The position numbers and the translations under genes were made by a program. From the NCBI GenBank assembly GCA_013265495.1, contig MU058252.1, forward strand, positions 716,244 to 780,243: a DNA stretch of 64,000 bases, written 5' to 3'. The first letter of the stretch is position 1. Each line of letters starts with the position of its first letter. Origin of the DNA: Vicugna vicugna (taxonomy: Eukaryota). Shown here piece by piece: positions 1 through 13,229 of the stretch. Below the pieces are notes generated by a model. It was not told the origin of the DNA. It made no database searches and saw nothing but the letters and a program-made list of their open reading frames with translations.

Positions 1-142
1 ATTTGTTTTACACTCAAAACACTAGTAAGCTTTTTTTTTTTTTGGATAGATGGTTTCAATAAAAAGACCCCAAAGAATCTCCCTCCTGTTTTCCGGTTAG
101 TAGTTCTAAAAATACAGCAAAACTGAGGAGATCCTAACTCTT

Positions 143-287
143 CTTCTTTTTTTTTTTTGGAGGGGGATGGGGGAGGAAAGTAATTAGGTATTTATTATTT
201 ATTTCTAGAGGAGGGACCGGGGATCGGACCCATGACTCTCAAGCATGCTAAGCATGCACTCTACCACTGACCTATATCCTCCCTGGC
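143..287 (-). mobile_element. tRNA-derived SINE (camelid vic-1-like) with degenerate 17-bp TSD
   Basis: Minus strand shows an A-box-like GGTCAGTGGTAGAG, a degenerate B box and an A-rich tail; flanks aggagatcctaactctt (126-142) and aggagctcttaactttt (288-304). Confidence 0.85.
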
Positions 288-459
288 AGGAGCTCTTAAC
301 TTTTTAACGGGAAAGGTTATGAGCACGGCGGTGAATCCTCGATAATTCAGGCACTTCTGGGCGTCGAGAGGATGCCAAGTCAGAATACTTTGTGTAAACT
401 TTTCTCCCTCAAGCAGAACAGTAAAACTTCAAAACCACAGAGAAAATGAAAATGGTTTA

Positions 460-852
<393 letters not shown>

Positions 853-3483
853 TTAACTACTTTTAAGAAAAATCAGCCAGCTAGGTCCTGCTGAGTTTTC
901 AAATTTCAAAATTATTAATATGATAGCTACAACTCAAAACATGAAGTATAACAGTAGCTACTTTATGTAACTATAATATTCTCTTAAGTGGTTTTTGATT
1001 TTTTAAAGTTATATCTCAGTTTCTAATAATTATCTGTTAACTGTGTCACATGGGAGAGAAGTCCAAATGAGCAATGAAAGTAACAGGTCACTGCTCGTAG
1101 GTTTTTAATTTTTTCTCTATGAAGTTCATATATTAAGAATAACATTCAGAGGATAATGAACTATAATAAAACAAAATAGATTATATTCATGTCTTACCTT
1201 CTACTTGAAAATCTTTTATAAATGAGTGGGTAAGTTCTGAGGTATTACTACAACAAAGCATCCTTAAAACAGGAAGGAAGTGAGAAAGCATCGTGCTCCT
1301 CTGACTGAAAGGCTTTAGAATTTAGGCCTAAGGCAACCACATGCCAGTCGGTTACCCCGGAGATCCTCCTCTCCTTACTGAACAGTTAAGCCCCCCAGTG
1401 GTACAGAACAAGGGGCACAGAAAGGAGACGGAAGGAAGGGGAAACTGCTTTTATATTTTTGTCTCTGAGACTGTGTTGGTGCCGCTTCTGACATCATAGC
1501 TTGCTTTTAGGTTCATAAAGAAATCAATGTCATCTTTCTCATGCCAATCAACCTAAACGTCTTTTAAAAGCTTCTCTAGAAAAACGCAGGCTCTTCAGTA
1601 ACCCTGTGCTATCACACAGTTATCTATTAACTATAAGTATACGTTGATGATTTACATCCAGAGCCAGAGACTGCTTTATATTCTATACCAGACACATTTT
1701 ACTCCTGACATTCAATAGTGATAATTAACCACCTATGAAGCATTAAAGGTCAGGGGGAGCTGTTTCACTCTGAAGTAGTTCTGCCAGACAGAAATGACTA
1801 CCCAAAATATTTTCTTGCCCTTGAAGTTTAGTTCCCTGTCTAAAAGTTAGTGGTCATATAAATAAACCAAATCATCACTGATACCTTTCTCCTAACAAAA
1901 TATGCTAAAGCTAAAAACTGGCCTTTGTTCCCCATTAAGGAGTCAGCTGGTGAAAGAAATTATTTTAATGAGGAGAAAGGTCGCAATGGACAACTTGAGA
2001 AAACTTTAAAGACCCCTTCATTCTCCTCAGCAACCTTGCTCACACTACAGTGGATCGGTGATGCTCCCAGATGAGCCTAACACGAGCCAGCCGCTTCCTT
2101 TGCCTGCCAGTCACACACGCCCGCGGGGGCCTTGGGAACGCGGAGCAGTGCTGGTCCCTCCACACTCCCAGGCCACTGGGCCCAGCCGTGCTAACGCTGT
2201 GGCGCGAGTCTGTCTAGCCTCTTTTCTATGCATGTGCACGTGTGTTAACACTAAGAATCATACTACGTATAGTATTGGCTTTTTCTCTTAGCAATATATT
2301 GTTTTTCCGTATCAACAGTATTCTTAAACATGATTTTTAATTGTTATCAAGGATTCCATTAGATGGATGTCCACTGTCCTTGTAATTAGGGAGGGATGCC
2401 TTTCCTATTTCTGCTGTGATCTTCCAAAGGCATATAATTCTAAGGACAATAAAAAGTTTAGATGTATTCCTAAGTCAGCTAAAACCCGCTGGAAAACTAG
2501 TGATGGATGTTAAATTTAAGTAGAAAAAGGAAAGACTTCGTGTTGAGAATCTAGTGAAACAGGTAAAAACACGGCTGCTGAAGTGAGTCAGCCCGGGAGA
2601 GGACGGAGCAGGGCAGATCTCTTCGACACACGTGATGGGAGCAGGGCCGGCGGGCTTCTGCCGCGATGGCGCCTGAAAGGGGGCTCTGTGCGCTGTCGAA
2701 CAAACCACTTGACAGGTAACTTCCAGAAAGCGGGCTAAGGTTGCCTGTGATTAGCCTAAAAATAACCAGGTGCTTTTCTTCTTGGACTGTACTGTTGCAT
2801 TTATAATAAAAAGTATCAAAGCAGACTCACTATGAATTGATTTCACCTAATTAGAGGTTGTTCCAGAAGGAATGCAATTGCATCCTTCAGTCCTAAAGTG
2901 ATAAGGAGTGACAGAAAGGGGTAGGAATGTTGTCCTCTTTAACAAGAAAGGAGAGAAATTATTTGGGGCATGGCTGTACTGAATTAAGATACACTATAAA
3001 ATGATCTCACTCATCTTTATGCAAAGCATGCAAAAAACATCCTACAGGCAGTAAAGTACAGGGGCCACAAGCGCTGAGGGGTCAGGAGAGGAACGGACCA
3101 TTTACTGCTTATCTAAATACTGGTGGGAAGAGAGACAATTGCTTTAACTTAAATCAATAAAATGTACTGTGATCTTTTTTATCATTCACTTTGTTAAAAC
3201 CAAATAATGACACATTTTTAGCTTTAAATTCATTCATACTCTAATGAAACAAAGTTCTGTTTTCTCGGGTATGTTTTAAAACCATGAAAGTTTCTTACCA
3301 GTTTATTTGATTCAACTATAATAGCAAGACTTACAAGTTCACTTCAGTGAACATTAACAGATGACCTACTATGTGCCAAGGAACGTGCTGGGTTCTGGGG
3401 CAGGGAAGCCATGTCATTTGACTGAACGGGAAGATGGCTTCCGGGCCGCTCCCATGGCTCAGTCCCTGGGGTACTCTTTACTA

Positions 3484-3717
<234 letters not shown>

Positions 3718-4631
3718 TTATGTCCTTCATTTCAATTCACATTAATGACCCGAATTAGTTCAGAGCAACCTGATTTTTAAAAAGGTTAATGTTTATCTTA
3801 ATTTAGTATCACCACACGCGCTCATGATGTGCCATGAGTACTACTGTTTCATCGTCTTATCAATAATTTAAAGCTTACAAGGTGCATGTTAGTCATGAAG
3901 AACCATGTTACATTCTGACTGTATGTCCTGCGGAGGATTCCCCCATCCCTACCCTGCTGGGTTCTGCTCCCTGAGTGAATAAAGTCTTACAAGTAGACTG
4001 ACATTTGCAAAAGCTGAGAAGAACCCAGGGCTGTGGAGCAAGGGCTCTGCGAGGGAGGCTTGGGGACCCGTGGGGATAAAGTCATGCAGGAAGCCCTCCC
4101 TGTGCATCCGAATGCTTCTCAGGGTTCTGAGTGACCTCACAGGGTCCCACCAACCGAACTCCAACAAGCCTGTTTTTTAGTGTCTTTATATTAAACAGAA
4201 TAGGATGAAACAAGAGAGTCTGAGACAGCTACAAAAGAATATTTAATGCTGGGGTCAATGTTATGACAAAAGACGTTGTGTAGGTTTGGGCCTATCAAAG
4301 TTTCAGTTCCCTTCCTTAGAAATAATGTAAAACTCTAAGGAAGTGCACTTGAAATGAACGGGGAAAAAAAGCATTGAGTGGTAAGACGCAGCACCAGAAT
4401 CAACCTAGTAAATTTAAACCAGGGGTTAAAAAATAGGACTTTCTATGATTGTTTATTGTACAGTGCATATGAAAAGCACAATGACTGGGGAGTCTATGGA
4501 GTTCTCTGATAAGAGCCTCATCCTCAAAAAAGCTAGGAATTGTTAAGTTAGGAAGAATCATAAAAACAAACTGATGACTACGCTTTAAATGCATTTTAGA
4601 TGACAGGTTTAATGAAATTAAAAATACTTAC

Positions 4632-4669
4632 AATTACATCAAATTTGGAATAAATATCTACAACTTTTC
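4632..4669 (-). CDS. PRKAG2: PRKAG2 exon 13 (38 bp)
   Basis: ttttag|GAAAAGTT...GTAATT|gtaagt; (G)KVVDIYSKFDVI. Confidence 0.97.
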
Positions 4670-4993
4670 CTAAAAATAAAAATATATGTTAGAAAAATGT
4701 CTTAGAAACCAAAAGCAGCATTTAATATCAACCTTAACTAGACAATTACTAGGAATTAAATACTGGTAAATAAAATAAGTTTGTCTACTTTTAAAGGGAC
4801 ATGAAAATCACATCTTAGTGGAAAATGTGAAAATAAGCCCGTTTAAAATTCTTGTTCTTGTCCTCCTGAGTGCTCCCCGGCCTGAGTTTTCATTTTCCCC
4901 ACATATCTGATACGCCAGGTCGTTTAGCGATAATTTCAGCCTCCAGAGATAAACCACTGCTTCTGCTCAACTGGCACGGCCCAGCACACAGAC

Positions 4994-5159
4994 CTGACTC
5001 GTCCACCACGGGCAGGGCGGACACGCGTCTTTCCACGAAGACATTCAGGGCTTTGATGATGGGCGTGTCTGGGTGGATGAAGGCGATGTCGTGGTACGTC
5101 CCGATCCCCAGAGCGTCCAGGTTCTGCTTCATGAAGGCAGGCTTTGGCATGTCGGACAT
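4994..5159 (-). CDS. PRKAG2: PRKAG2 exon 12 (166 bp), CBS3
   Basis: gcag|ATGTCCGAC...GAGTCAG|gtctgt; [55 protein letters not shown](G). Confidence 0.97.
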
Positions 5160-6319
5160 CTGCACGGGAAGGCAGACACACATGCTCTAGGGCCAAGGGA
5201 GACCTTTTCAATGTTCACATGTCCACACTTGAATGAAAGACTATGTGCAACAAATTAAAGTTAGTCTTTTCTAACAATCTACCCGGATATATGAATTAAT
5301 ATGAAAATGTTACGTATAAGAATTGTCTTTTGTTCAAACCAGCTTACACGTCTATGTTTATATTTAACTACTCAGTAAAACACTGCAAAGCACTAACATT
5401 GTAACATTCTCTCCTCTCCACCCACTGGAAAAGTGGACAGAAGAGGGGAACTACAGGTCTATTTGGAAATTAGGACCTATCGGCCATGAAGAATCTTTTT
5501 TCTGTAATTATTCATGTTAGATTTGTGGGCCTGCTGTCATTATTAAGCAATATTTATTAAGAACCCACACATTTCCAAACCAAAGCGTGTGATGGTGGTG
5601 GTCGAAGCTGCTAAGCTAGTTCTCACACCGCCCACCTCTACATCCTGAATTCTCCTTCGGAGGACTCCAATTTTGTCTACTAGGAACAAGAACAAGCCAA
5701 CCGAGCAGAATTAAAAGAACATTTAAAAGTTAACTTTTCTTTTCACGGGCTGTTTTAAAGGAGGAGGGAGAAGTCAGAAGAGAGAAGTCTAGGATCATGT
5801 TTGACTAAAACAAAACAAGGTCTATGGTTTCAAAAATCCACCTTTTATAAAGGGTACAGTCGACTCCATCCTCCTGGTGTACCTTACAATTATCAGGAAA
5901 AGATGAACAATTAGAAGAAACAAAATGTTCAAGTCAAAGAGTTCATCAATATTCAAATCATGAGAATCCTAGAAATTTAGAGAAAAAAAAGAAAGACCTA
6001 TTAGGTCACCTAGCCCATCTCGATGCAGGACAACCCCTGTTCCTCACTGCACACTCAGCTAACTGTCACGTGTCTCCAAGGGCAACACTACTTTCAGAAA
6101 ATGATCTCAATTCAGCAAAAAGCAAGTTCTGGAATTTATTTCAAATCATTTTTATCTTAAAACCCCTAACTGAATATTCTAATAGAATGAGCTAATTACC
6201 ATATTGGCCCAAATACAAGGCAGTACTGGCAGAGACAGCCACTCCTGCTTTCTGTACAAGAGAGGACTCGCCAAAGGCCTGGCTCTGGCTGTCACTCCTC
6301 TGCGGCACGGCGTGGAGAC

Positions 6320-6590
6320 AGATTGCACCCCACTGCTTAAATTCTGGGACTTCACGAACAGTTGACCCTCTGGGCCAGACGCCTCCCAACAGGGCTGCTG
6401 GAGGGAGGGCTGCTCGGGTCAGAGGCCACTCCTCCACCACCAGCAGTGACATGGCAGAGTTACTCGGCCTCGCTTAATTTTACCATTTACAAATCAGATT
6501 AATAAAAATACCTACCTGAGAGGGTGGTGGTGAGGCTGAGATTTATCCTGTGAAGTGCTGGACATAATCATAAATGGTGTTTAGCTTAAT
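6320..6590 (+). mobile_element. MIR remnant
   Basis: MIR core-like segments ttactcggcctc...aataaaaatacctacctgagagggtggtggtgagg. Confidence 0.5.
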
Positions 6591-7802
6591 GGTGTTTAGC
6601 TCTCATGACTCATTATTTAAAATGACTCTGAGGGGTACGTGGGCTCCGTGCCTGGTGCCTGCGTACGGCCCACGGCAGACAAGGGCCTGTGCACGACAGA
6701 CGGAAGGCTGACCAGCAACATCCACGCGTCCCTAATACTTCTTCCCTAGCCCGTCTCTTTACCGCCCTTCATGCTTTTCTGTAAATTACTCCTCTCCTTC
6801 CTACATTCTTTCTTAGCATTTATTCAAACATGAAGAGTGTTACATTTACACATAAACTATTAAAACATAGGACTGGTTTGATGGACAGGGCATTTTTCTG
6901 AATCACTATAACCTCTGTGTTGCTGTCTGGCAAGAGTGAGGCAGGTGCCAGGAGGAGCCTGGGCTCCTTCACGTCACACTAGAATGCGACTTTATCTCCT
7001 CATCGGAGGCTGTGGACAAGACAGGAAAGCTCACGATGTAGATTTTTAATGTCTACGAAATTCTTTTTAAAAAATGACTGCTCATATGATCCCTTCTCGA
7101 CCATGAATATGGCCTCCTATGGGTTCTAGTTGACCAACTGTAACCTCAAAGTCAGTGCACGTATTTAAAAGGAAAAAAATTAAAGCCCTCTTGTAAGGAC
7201 TCTGGTCCTTCTGAGCCTCGTTTTAATACTGCCTACCAAAGAGGTTCTAAGTTTTGGATGATTATGGAGCCATCTCATTTCAAATGCAGCTGAGAAAACC
7301 TACAGACAATACAGCCCTAATTTGGACCAACATGGTATGTTCGCTTGTCAAAATTTTATTTGCTGTGGGTTTTTCTATCACTGATGTAGTTAACAATGAA
7401 ATAATCCTGGGGACAGGACTTTTTGAATTCATGTTTCCAAAACCATGATACCTATAAAGCATCATAAGGCAATTTGGCTCAAGTTATCTTGTATGGCATT
7501 TCCTTAATTAGACTGACTTACAAATTGCTTTATTTCCCCTCATTTTAGGTGATAAAATATTCTAATTTAAATAGAAAATTCCAAGTTTAAAAAAATTTAT
7601 TTTGATACTTGCACTGAAAGGCGATTACTTGTTAACTGGAATCAACTTTGAGAATGTACAATTCAAATAGCAGTAAGCTGAGAAACTGAAGTTTAGAAAT
7701 GGAGATCTCAAAACTGACAATTTCTTCTATGAGGGTAACAGGAGCCAATTTACTTGAAGTATGTTAGTTAAAGTAGATGCAACTATGTCTTTAGAAACAC
7801 TA

Positions 7803-8012
<210 letters not shown>

Positions 8013-8559
8013 TTAAAAGTATTTTCAGTGTCTTTAAATTACAGTATTAAAAGTTGACCTAAAAGGACAAGTTTTAAACTGGAGATCTCAGCAGAATTTT
8101 TGGTTTTCCAATCTGTGTTGACAATAAACCTCAAATCCAAGTGTGAGCTACAAATCTCTAGGAGAGCAGTTTTTTAATAGCACGTTTAATGCTTTTATTT
8201 GAGAAATGACAGACACTGACTCCAGGGAAACTGAAGGATGACCCTGGCACCCAAGGGGACCTGTGGCCTGGACTGGCTGCTTCCTCCCTTGGCCAGCCTG
8301 CTTCGGCTGCTCTGGCCTCGCCTGACTGCTGACAAGGAGGCATGCCAGGTGTGGCTGTTTGTTAGGACTTGGAAATACAGTAATAAAAGGCAGTATTCCA
8401 CCTTTTCTCACTAGTGCACTAGTGTTTTAAGAATGCTTTTATACCAGTGTGGGAGTGTATCCGAGCTGTCCAGAGGCTTGGATGAAGACCTGCAGGTTGG
8501 AAGACTACCGAGAGGGTGGCCCATTCCTCTGACCACCTCTGGACCAATGTCTAATAAGA

Positions 8560-8740
8560 CTGATTTTTCAATTTCAGTGCATGTCAGAACCCTTGGAGGA
8601 GTTGTTTTAGTGTACATTCCTGGGCACTAAAACCTTCCAAAGACTGATTTAATTTGTTGGAAGAACCCAGGAATCTGCCACTTTACCAACCTCCCTAGTT
8701 GGTTTCTGCTGCAGGTGATCTGGATTTTAAAAATACTTAG
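8560..8740. mobile_element. MER5-like hAT-Charlie MITE remnant
   Basis: tgcatgtcagaacccttggaggagttg...cccaggaatctgccactttaccaacctccc pattern. Confidence 0.5.
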
Positions 8741-8941
8741 TATGGCCATCTTCCTAGTCCATTATCAGTCCTTTGGACCAGCAATGGCTGTGATTTCTAT
8801 TGTCTCTAAGTTTCCTAAATTTAATATTTGGAATTAAGGAGGCTGGCCCCTATCTAGAAAAAAATCTATCAACCATAGTAATGAAACAGATGAATCTGAA
8901 TGAATGAATGCTTTCAAAGGAGAAAAACTTCACAAGTTTAC

Positions 8942-8996
8942 CTTGCATCTGGAGAAATATTCACTAAAGGCTTAAATGTTTCTTGTAAATAAAGCT
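8942..8996 (-). CDS. PRKAG2: PRKAG2 exon 10 (55 bp)
   Basis: acag|AGCTTTAT...GCAAG|gtaaac; (E)LYLQETFKPLVNISPDA(S). Confidence 0.97.
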
Positions 8997-10750
8997 CTGT
9001 ATTTATGGAAAGAAAATACGTAATTAGTAACATATTTGCTGTTTACAATTATTACATAAAGTACCCTTCAATTTACAGGTAATAATTAGCATTATATACC
9101 CAAATAGGATTGAAAAACCAAATCAAATTAATTTACTGAAAACTATTGTGTTAATTATAGTTACAGCTATTTTAAACAACTTCCAAACTGTTTTCAGGTT
9201 GTTGCCTTTGTGGAAAGGTTAAGTATTTAAAAACAGTATTATAACAGATGTTGTAAAAATCAAAAGAAAAGTCAAGACATCTGATAAAAAAGCAATACCA
9301 GCAGAGGTCACTAGAATGCTACCAGGTCACTATCACCCTCAAGAAACGAAGCATTTATGAAATCCTTTAAAACGAATTTTCTTAAGTCAAAACAAAATAG
9401 TTACAACAACTTTGTTCTTTAAATGTTATTAAGTTTTACTTGACCATACCAGAGCTGAATATACTACAGCTGGGGACCTTTCTAGTATGTAGGAATTATC
9501 TTTGTAAAGATAAACTGTAATTAATTTGCTCCACCAAGGTTTCCGTACAGAAGGCATTCGAGAATATCTCGACATTATTATTATTTCTACTACAAATACC
9601 ATGTAAAGTCAAAATGTAAATACACCTTGGTCTAACACTATTTATACAGTAGAATTTGATAGGAAGTTATCTGTCTTGGTGTTAAAATACATATTCACTT
9701 CGTAATAGGCAGTGGATCCCACGTTGACATACTTTGGTTTGACTTGATAAAGCATCATAAATCAAGGCCATCACTCAAGGAAACTTCTAAATTATATGAG
9801 ATTGAAAGAGACCCAGCCCTTTAGAGAATTCTAACGGATGTTCAGATTTTGCAGCCAGTCACAAAGGTTACTTATCATACCAAGCAGGTAATGGTAAGTA
9901 CAAAGCTAATTTTCAGTTATAAATTGAAAAAATTTCCTTCATACTTTAATTGAAAAAAAAAAAAAACACCGTCGAGCTATTTAAAAAAAAAATCCTTCAG
10001 TTCTCCCTCCATCCCTATCCAGGTTTCTCCCGGAATGCCCTGTGAAGGCTCACCCCCTCCTTGGCGACCCCACCCCAGGCCTCTCTCTGATACTCTTACT
10101 GACAGGTCCCCTGCCCCCTCTCCACCAGCCCAGCAGGACGAGTGTCATTAAGACAGAACAATTTTACAATCATGAAATTACAATTTTATAATGGCTACAT
10201 TTTAGGAAAGGGTATTTGATTGTAAAGGGTGAATTTCAATGTTGCAAACAAAATTAAGCAATCTTGGAGTGATTTTCACATACTTGAATCCAAATCATCT
10301 AGTTTAAAGTTCACTTGTTCTCTGTTTCTCCATAATTTGTAAAGAAATAATGATTAAATTTAAATAAGAAGAGATGCTTGCTTTTGTTAACTTCAGGCAT
10401 TCCTTTAGTACATTTTCTCTGCAAAGGCTAACATTTGAGAGGTGATGCTTAGTAGTGAGTGGTGGCTCCACTGGGGGCAGAGACTCAGGCACCGGCTACT
10501 TACTCACCCGTATCCCAGCCTTAGTATAAGCACTTGCTACAGGTTCTCTACATTTGTCTATTAAACAGAATGGGTAATATTTATAGTAGTATACCATACT
10601 ATCAAAATTAAGATAAAAGTTAATGTTTTAATTAATGTAGTAGATTACTAAGCAGAGAGAAGAGGACCTGTGAAATTAAAACATTTTACACATAAGTACA
10701 ACTTTTTTTTTCCTGATACTAAAAGATTTTTAACACCTAATCGTGCTTAC

Positions 10751-10796
10751 CCCTCCATGTTTCAATCTTATGTTCCTCTAATTCATAAATCTGTAC
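10751..10796 (-). CDS. PRKAG2: PRKAG2 exon 9 (46 bp)
   Basis: ccag|GTACAG...TGGAGGG|gtaagc; VQIYELEEHKIETWR(E). Confidence 0.97.
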
Positions 10797-12434
10797 CTGG
10801 AAATAAGAAAAATTCCTGTTTAAAAATGTTTACATATACAACACGAGAAAAAAAATTACTTCATAACTACTGCTGAGTCCCATAATTTAGCAGCTGGAAA
10901 CAAGGTAATTCCAAAATACTGGAAATATAAATGAGAAACATAAAATGCTCTATATTTATTTGAAGATGTTTTATAAATTTAAAACATAATAAATCAACAT
11001 TATTTTCATTAAAGTTCCTGATACACTTAAACTTTAAAACACACACTGACATATATATGTACATACACGTACACACACACACCCACACACACCCACACAC
11101 GATGTTAGGCATCTTTAATTTAAAGAGGGCAGTTGGTTAAATCATGTCCTACAGTTAAGCTGCTGGATCAGGCTGTGCCTGGACCACAGGGGTGGTCTTC
11201 ACAAAGGCAGACGGGGTGCAAAGCCTGGAGGCTGGACAGCGGCTGCAGCCGGAGTCACCTGCAGTCGCTGGCACGTGTCTCACCGCGGCTGAGCTGCTGC
11301 TCTCGGCTAAAGCACTCAGTGTCTCTGAATCTGTTTCCCTTCCTAAACAAGGGGATAAAAGGCCCCACATCCAGCTTCCATGAGGACTGCAGGAGGGAGC
11401 CTGGCACAGAGCGCCTCCACGCCTGGCTCAGCTTAAGACAGTCACTCCGCCACCTGCAGCATTACTACACTGGGACTTCTGGGGGCGCCTGCGACAGGAA
11501 AACCTGGCCTCTTCTTGGAGCTTAAAATCCAGCTGGCAACATTGAGACAGTCCAATATAAAAATGGCACCAGCAAGTGAAGAAAGCATATGGATCAGCTC
11601 ATACCCTACCAGGTTCACGACAGGGATGAGGGAGAAGCGGGGGTGAGCAGAGGTCAGCAAGGATAACGCCGAGGAGGCAGATTTCAGCCAAGCTCCGCAT
11701 GTGGAGTGGACTTTACATAAAGAAGAAAAATTCAAGGAGGGGCCTGGAGAGGAAAAAAAGACTTCCTCACATTCCTGAATCACAGACAGAAGACCACACT
11801 GAAGAACAGGAGCGAGGGTCTGGGGACGACCCGACAGCGGCTCCATGTCTGAGAGCGGAGGCTGGGCCGGCACCGATGGGCATGAGCTCCGGGACCAGAT
11901 GCAAAACTGAGTGTCAGGTGAGTTAGGTCCTGAATGGTGACTGTGGGAATGCGGGGGGAGCTGGAAGGAAGAGCCAGAAGGTTCAGAGAATAATTAAGTA
12001 GGGGAGAGAGAGATGAATGAATAGTAAGAACCCCTATTTTGATGCGAGGTGACTGACTGATATTATCCAGGACAGAGAAGAAGCTTAACAGGAAGGTGAG
12101 GCTGTGATTTTCAGTTTCAAGTGGAACATCCTGGTCTACACCTGACTCGGGCAGTTCTGAGATGCCAGTGCTCGGCAGCGTGCAGGCCTCCCTGCCCTCC
12201 TCCCGCACAGCCCCTCAGACCTCCAGCTGCAGCCGTCAGCGCGGACAAGACAGCTAACACGGGGGACCATTATGAAGCAGGGCTGTTTCGGCCTGGCACA
12301 GGGGAAGCTGTGTGTGTGTGTGAGAGAGTGAGTGTGTGAGAGTGAGTGTGAGCGTGTGCATGTATGTGTGTGTAAAAGGTACAGACATGAGTAAGACTCA
12401 GGCTCCACCTCAGAGAACGTCCGACACCCCACAA

Positions 12435-12651
12435 CAGCATTTCTCAGCCTTGGCGCTGCTGATGTTTTAGGCTAGACGGTTCTGCCGTGGGGCCTCCTGT
12501 GCACTGCAGGGTGTCCAGCAGCACCCCCGGCCCCTGCCCACTGGACACCAGTAGAACCACGCCATCCTTCTCCAGCTGTGATGAAAAAATGTCTCCAGAC
12601 ACTGACAAAAGTCTCCTGAGAGGCAAAATCACTCCCCGTTGGGAAACACGG
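12435..12651 (-). mobile_element. MER20 (hAT-Charlie)
   Basis: aaaaatgtctccagacactgacaaaagtctcctgagaggcaaaatc resembles the MER20 reverse complement. Confidence 0.8.
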
Positions 12652-13229
12652 CCCTACAACCAAGCAGAATACAATGTGAAAGGTGCTGTAGGTTAGGTGA
12701 CGGGAGCACCGAGACAGTGACTGATTCTGCTCGAGGGAGACCAACACAGGGAGCTCCGTCACTACGGTGACTGCTGAGCAGGGCTCTGACGGCCGACAGT
12801 GTCAACCGGCAAGGACCAAGGACACCAAGGACCAAGGGTTGAGGAACTGGACTCTGATTTCCAAAGAAGAGAAGCCACTCAGAAAGAGCAGAGGAGCTAG
12901 AGGAGAAGAGAAAGAGCTGAATGGCCCAGGTTAGGGGAGGAGAAGCCAGGAGCCCACCACCACCAAGTGGGAGTGAACGCCTCCCTGGGCTCTGCAGAGG
13001 GAGGGGGGGACGCAACCACTGCTCGAGCACAAAATTTAATAGTTAAAAACCCCCAAGCTGTCCAGTACCTACACGTGTGTAAATGCAGGGGCTGACGGGA
13101 GAAGTGGCACCCTTGGCTGTCATCATAAAGAGCAGTTCTTTCCAAAAGACACATGAAAATTCCAGTTCAAACGTTCCACTTCCATCTTGTAGAAAATCAG
13201 CCAGAGAAAAATTTATAAAGAAGCTACAA

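Noticed and set aside
6573..6601. 14-bp near-tandem duplication aatggtgtttagct (similar short duplications near 12810 and 20702)
   Set aside because: Ordinary slippage duplications, not an array or CRISPR-like structure.
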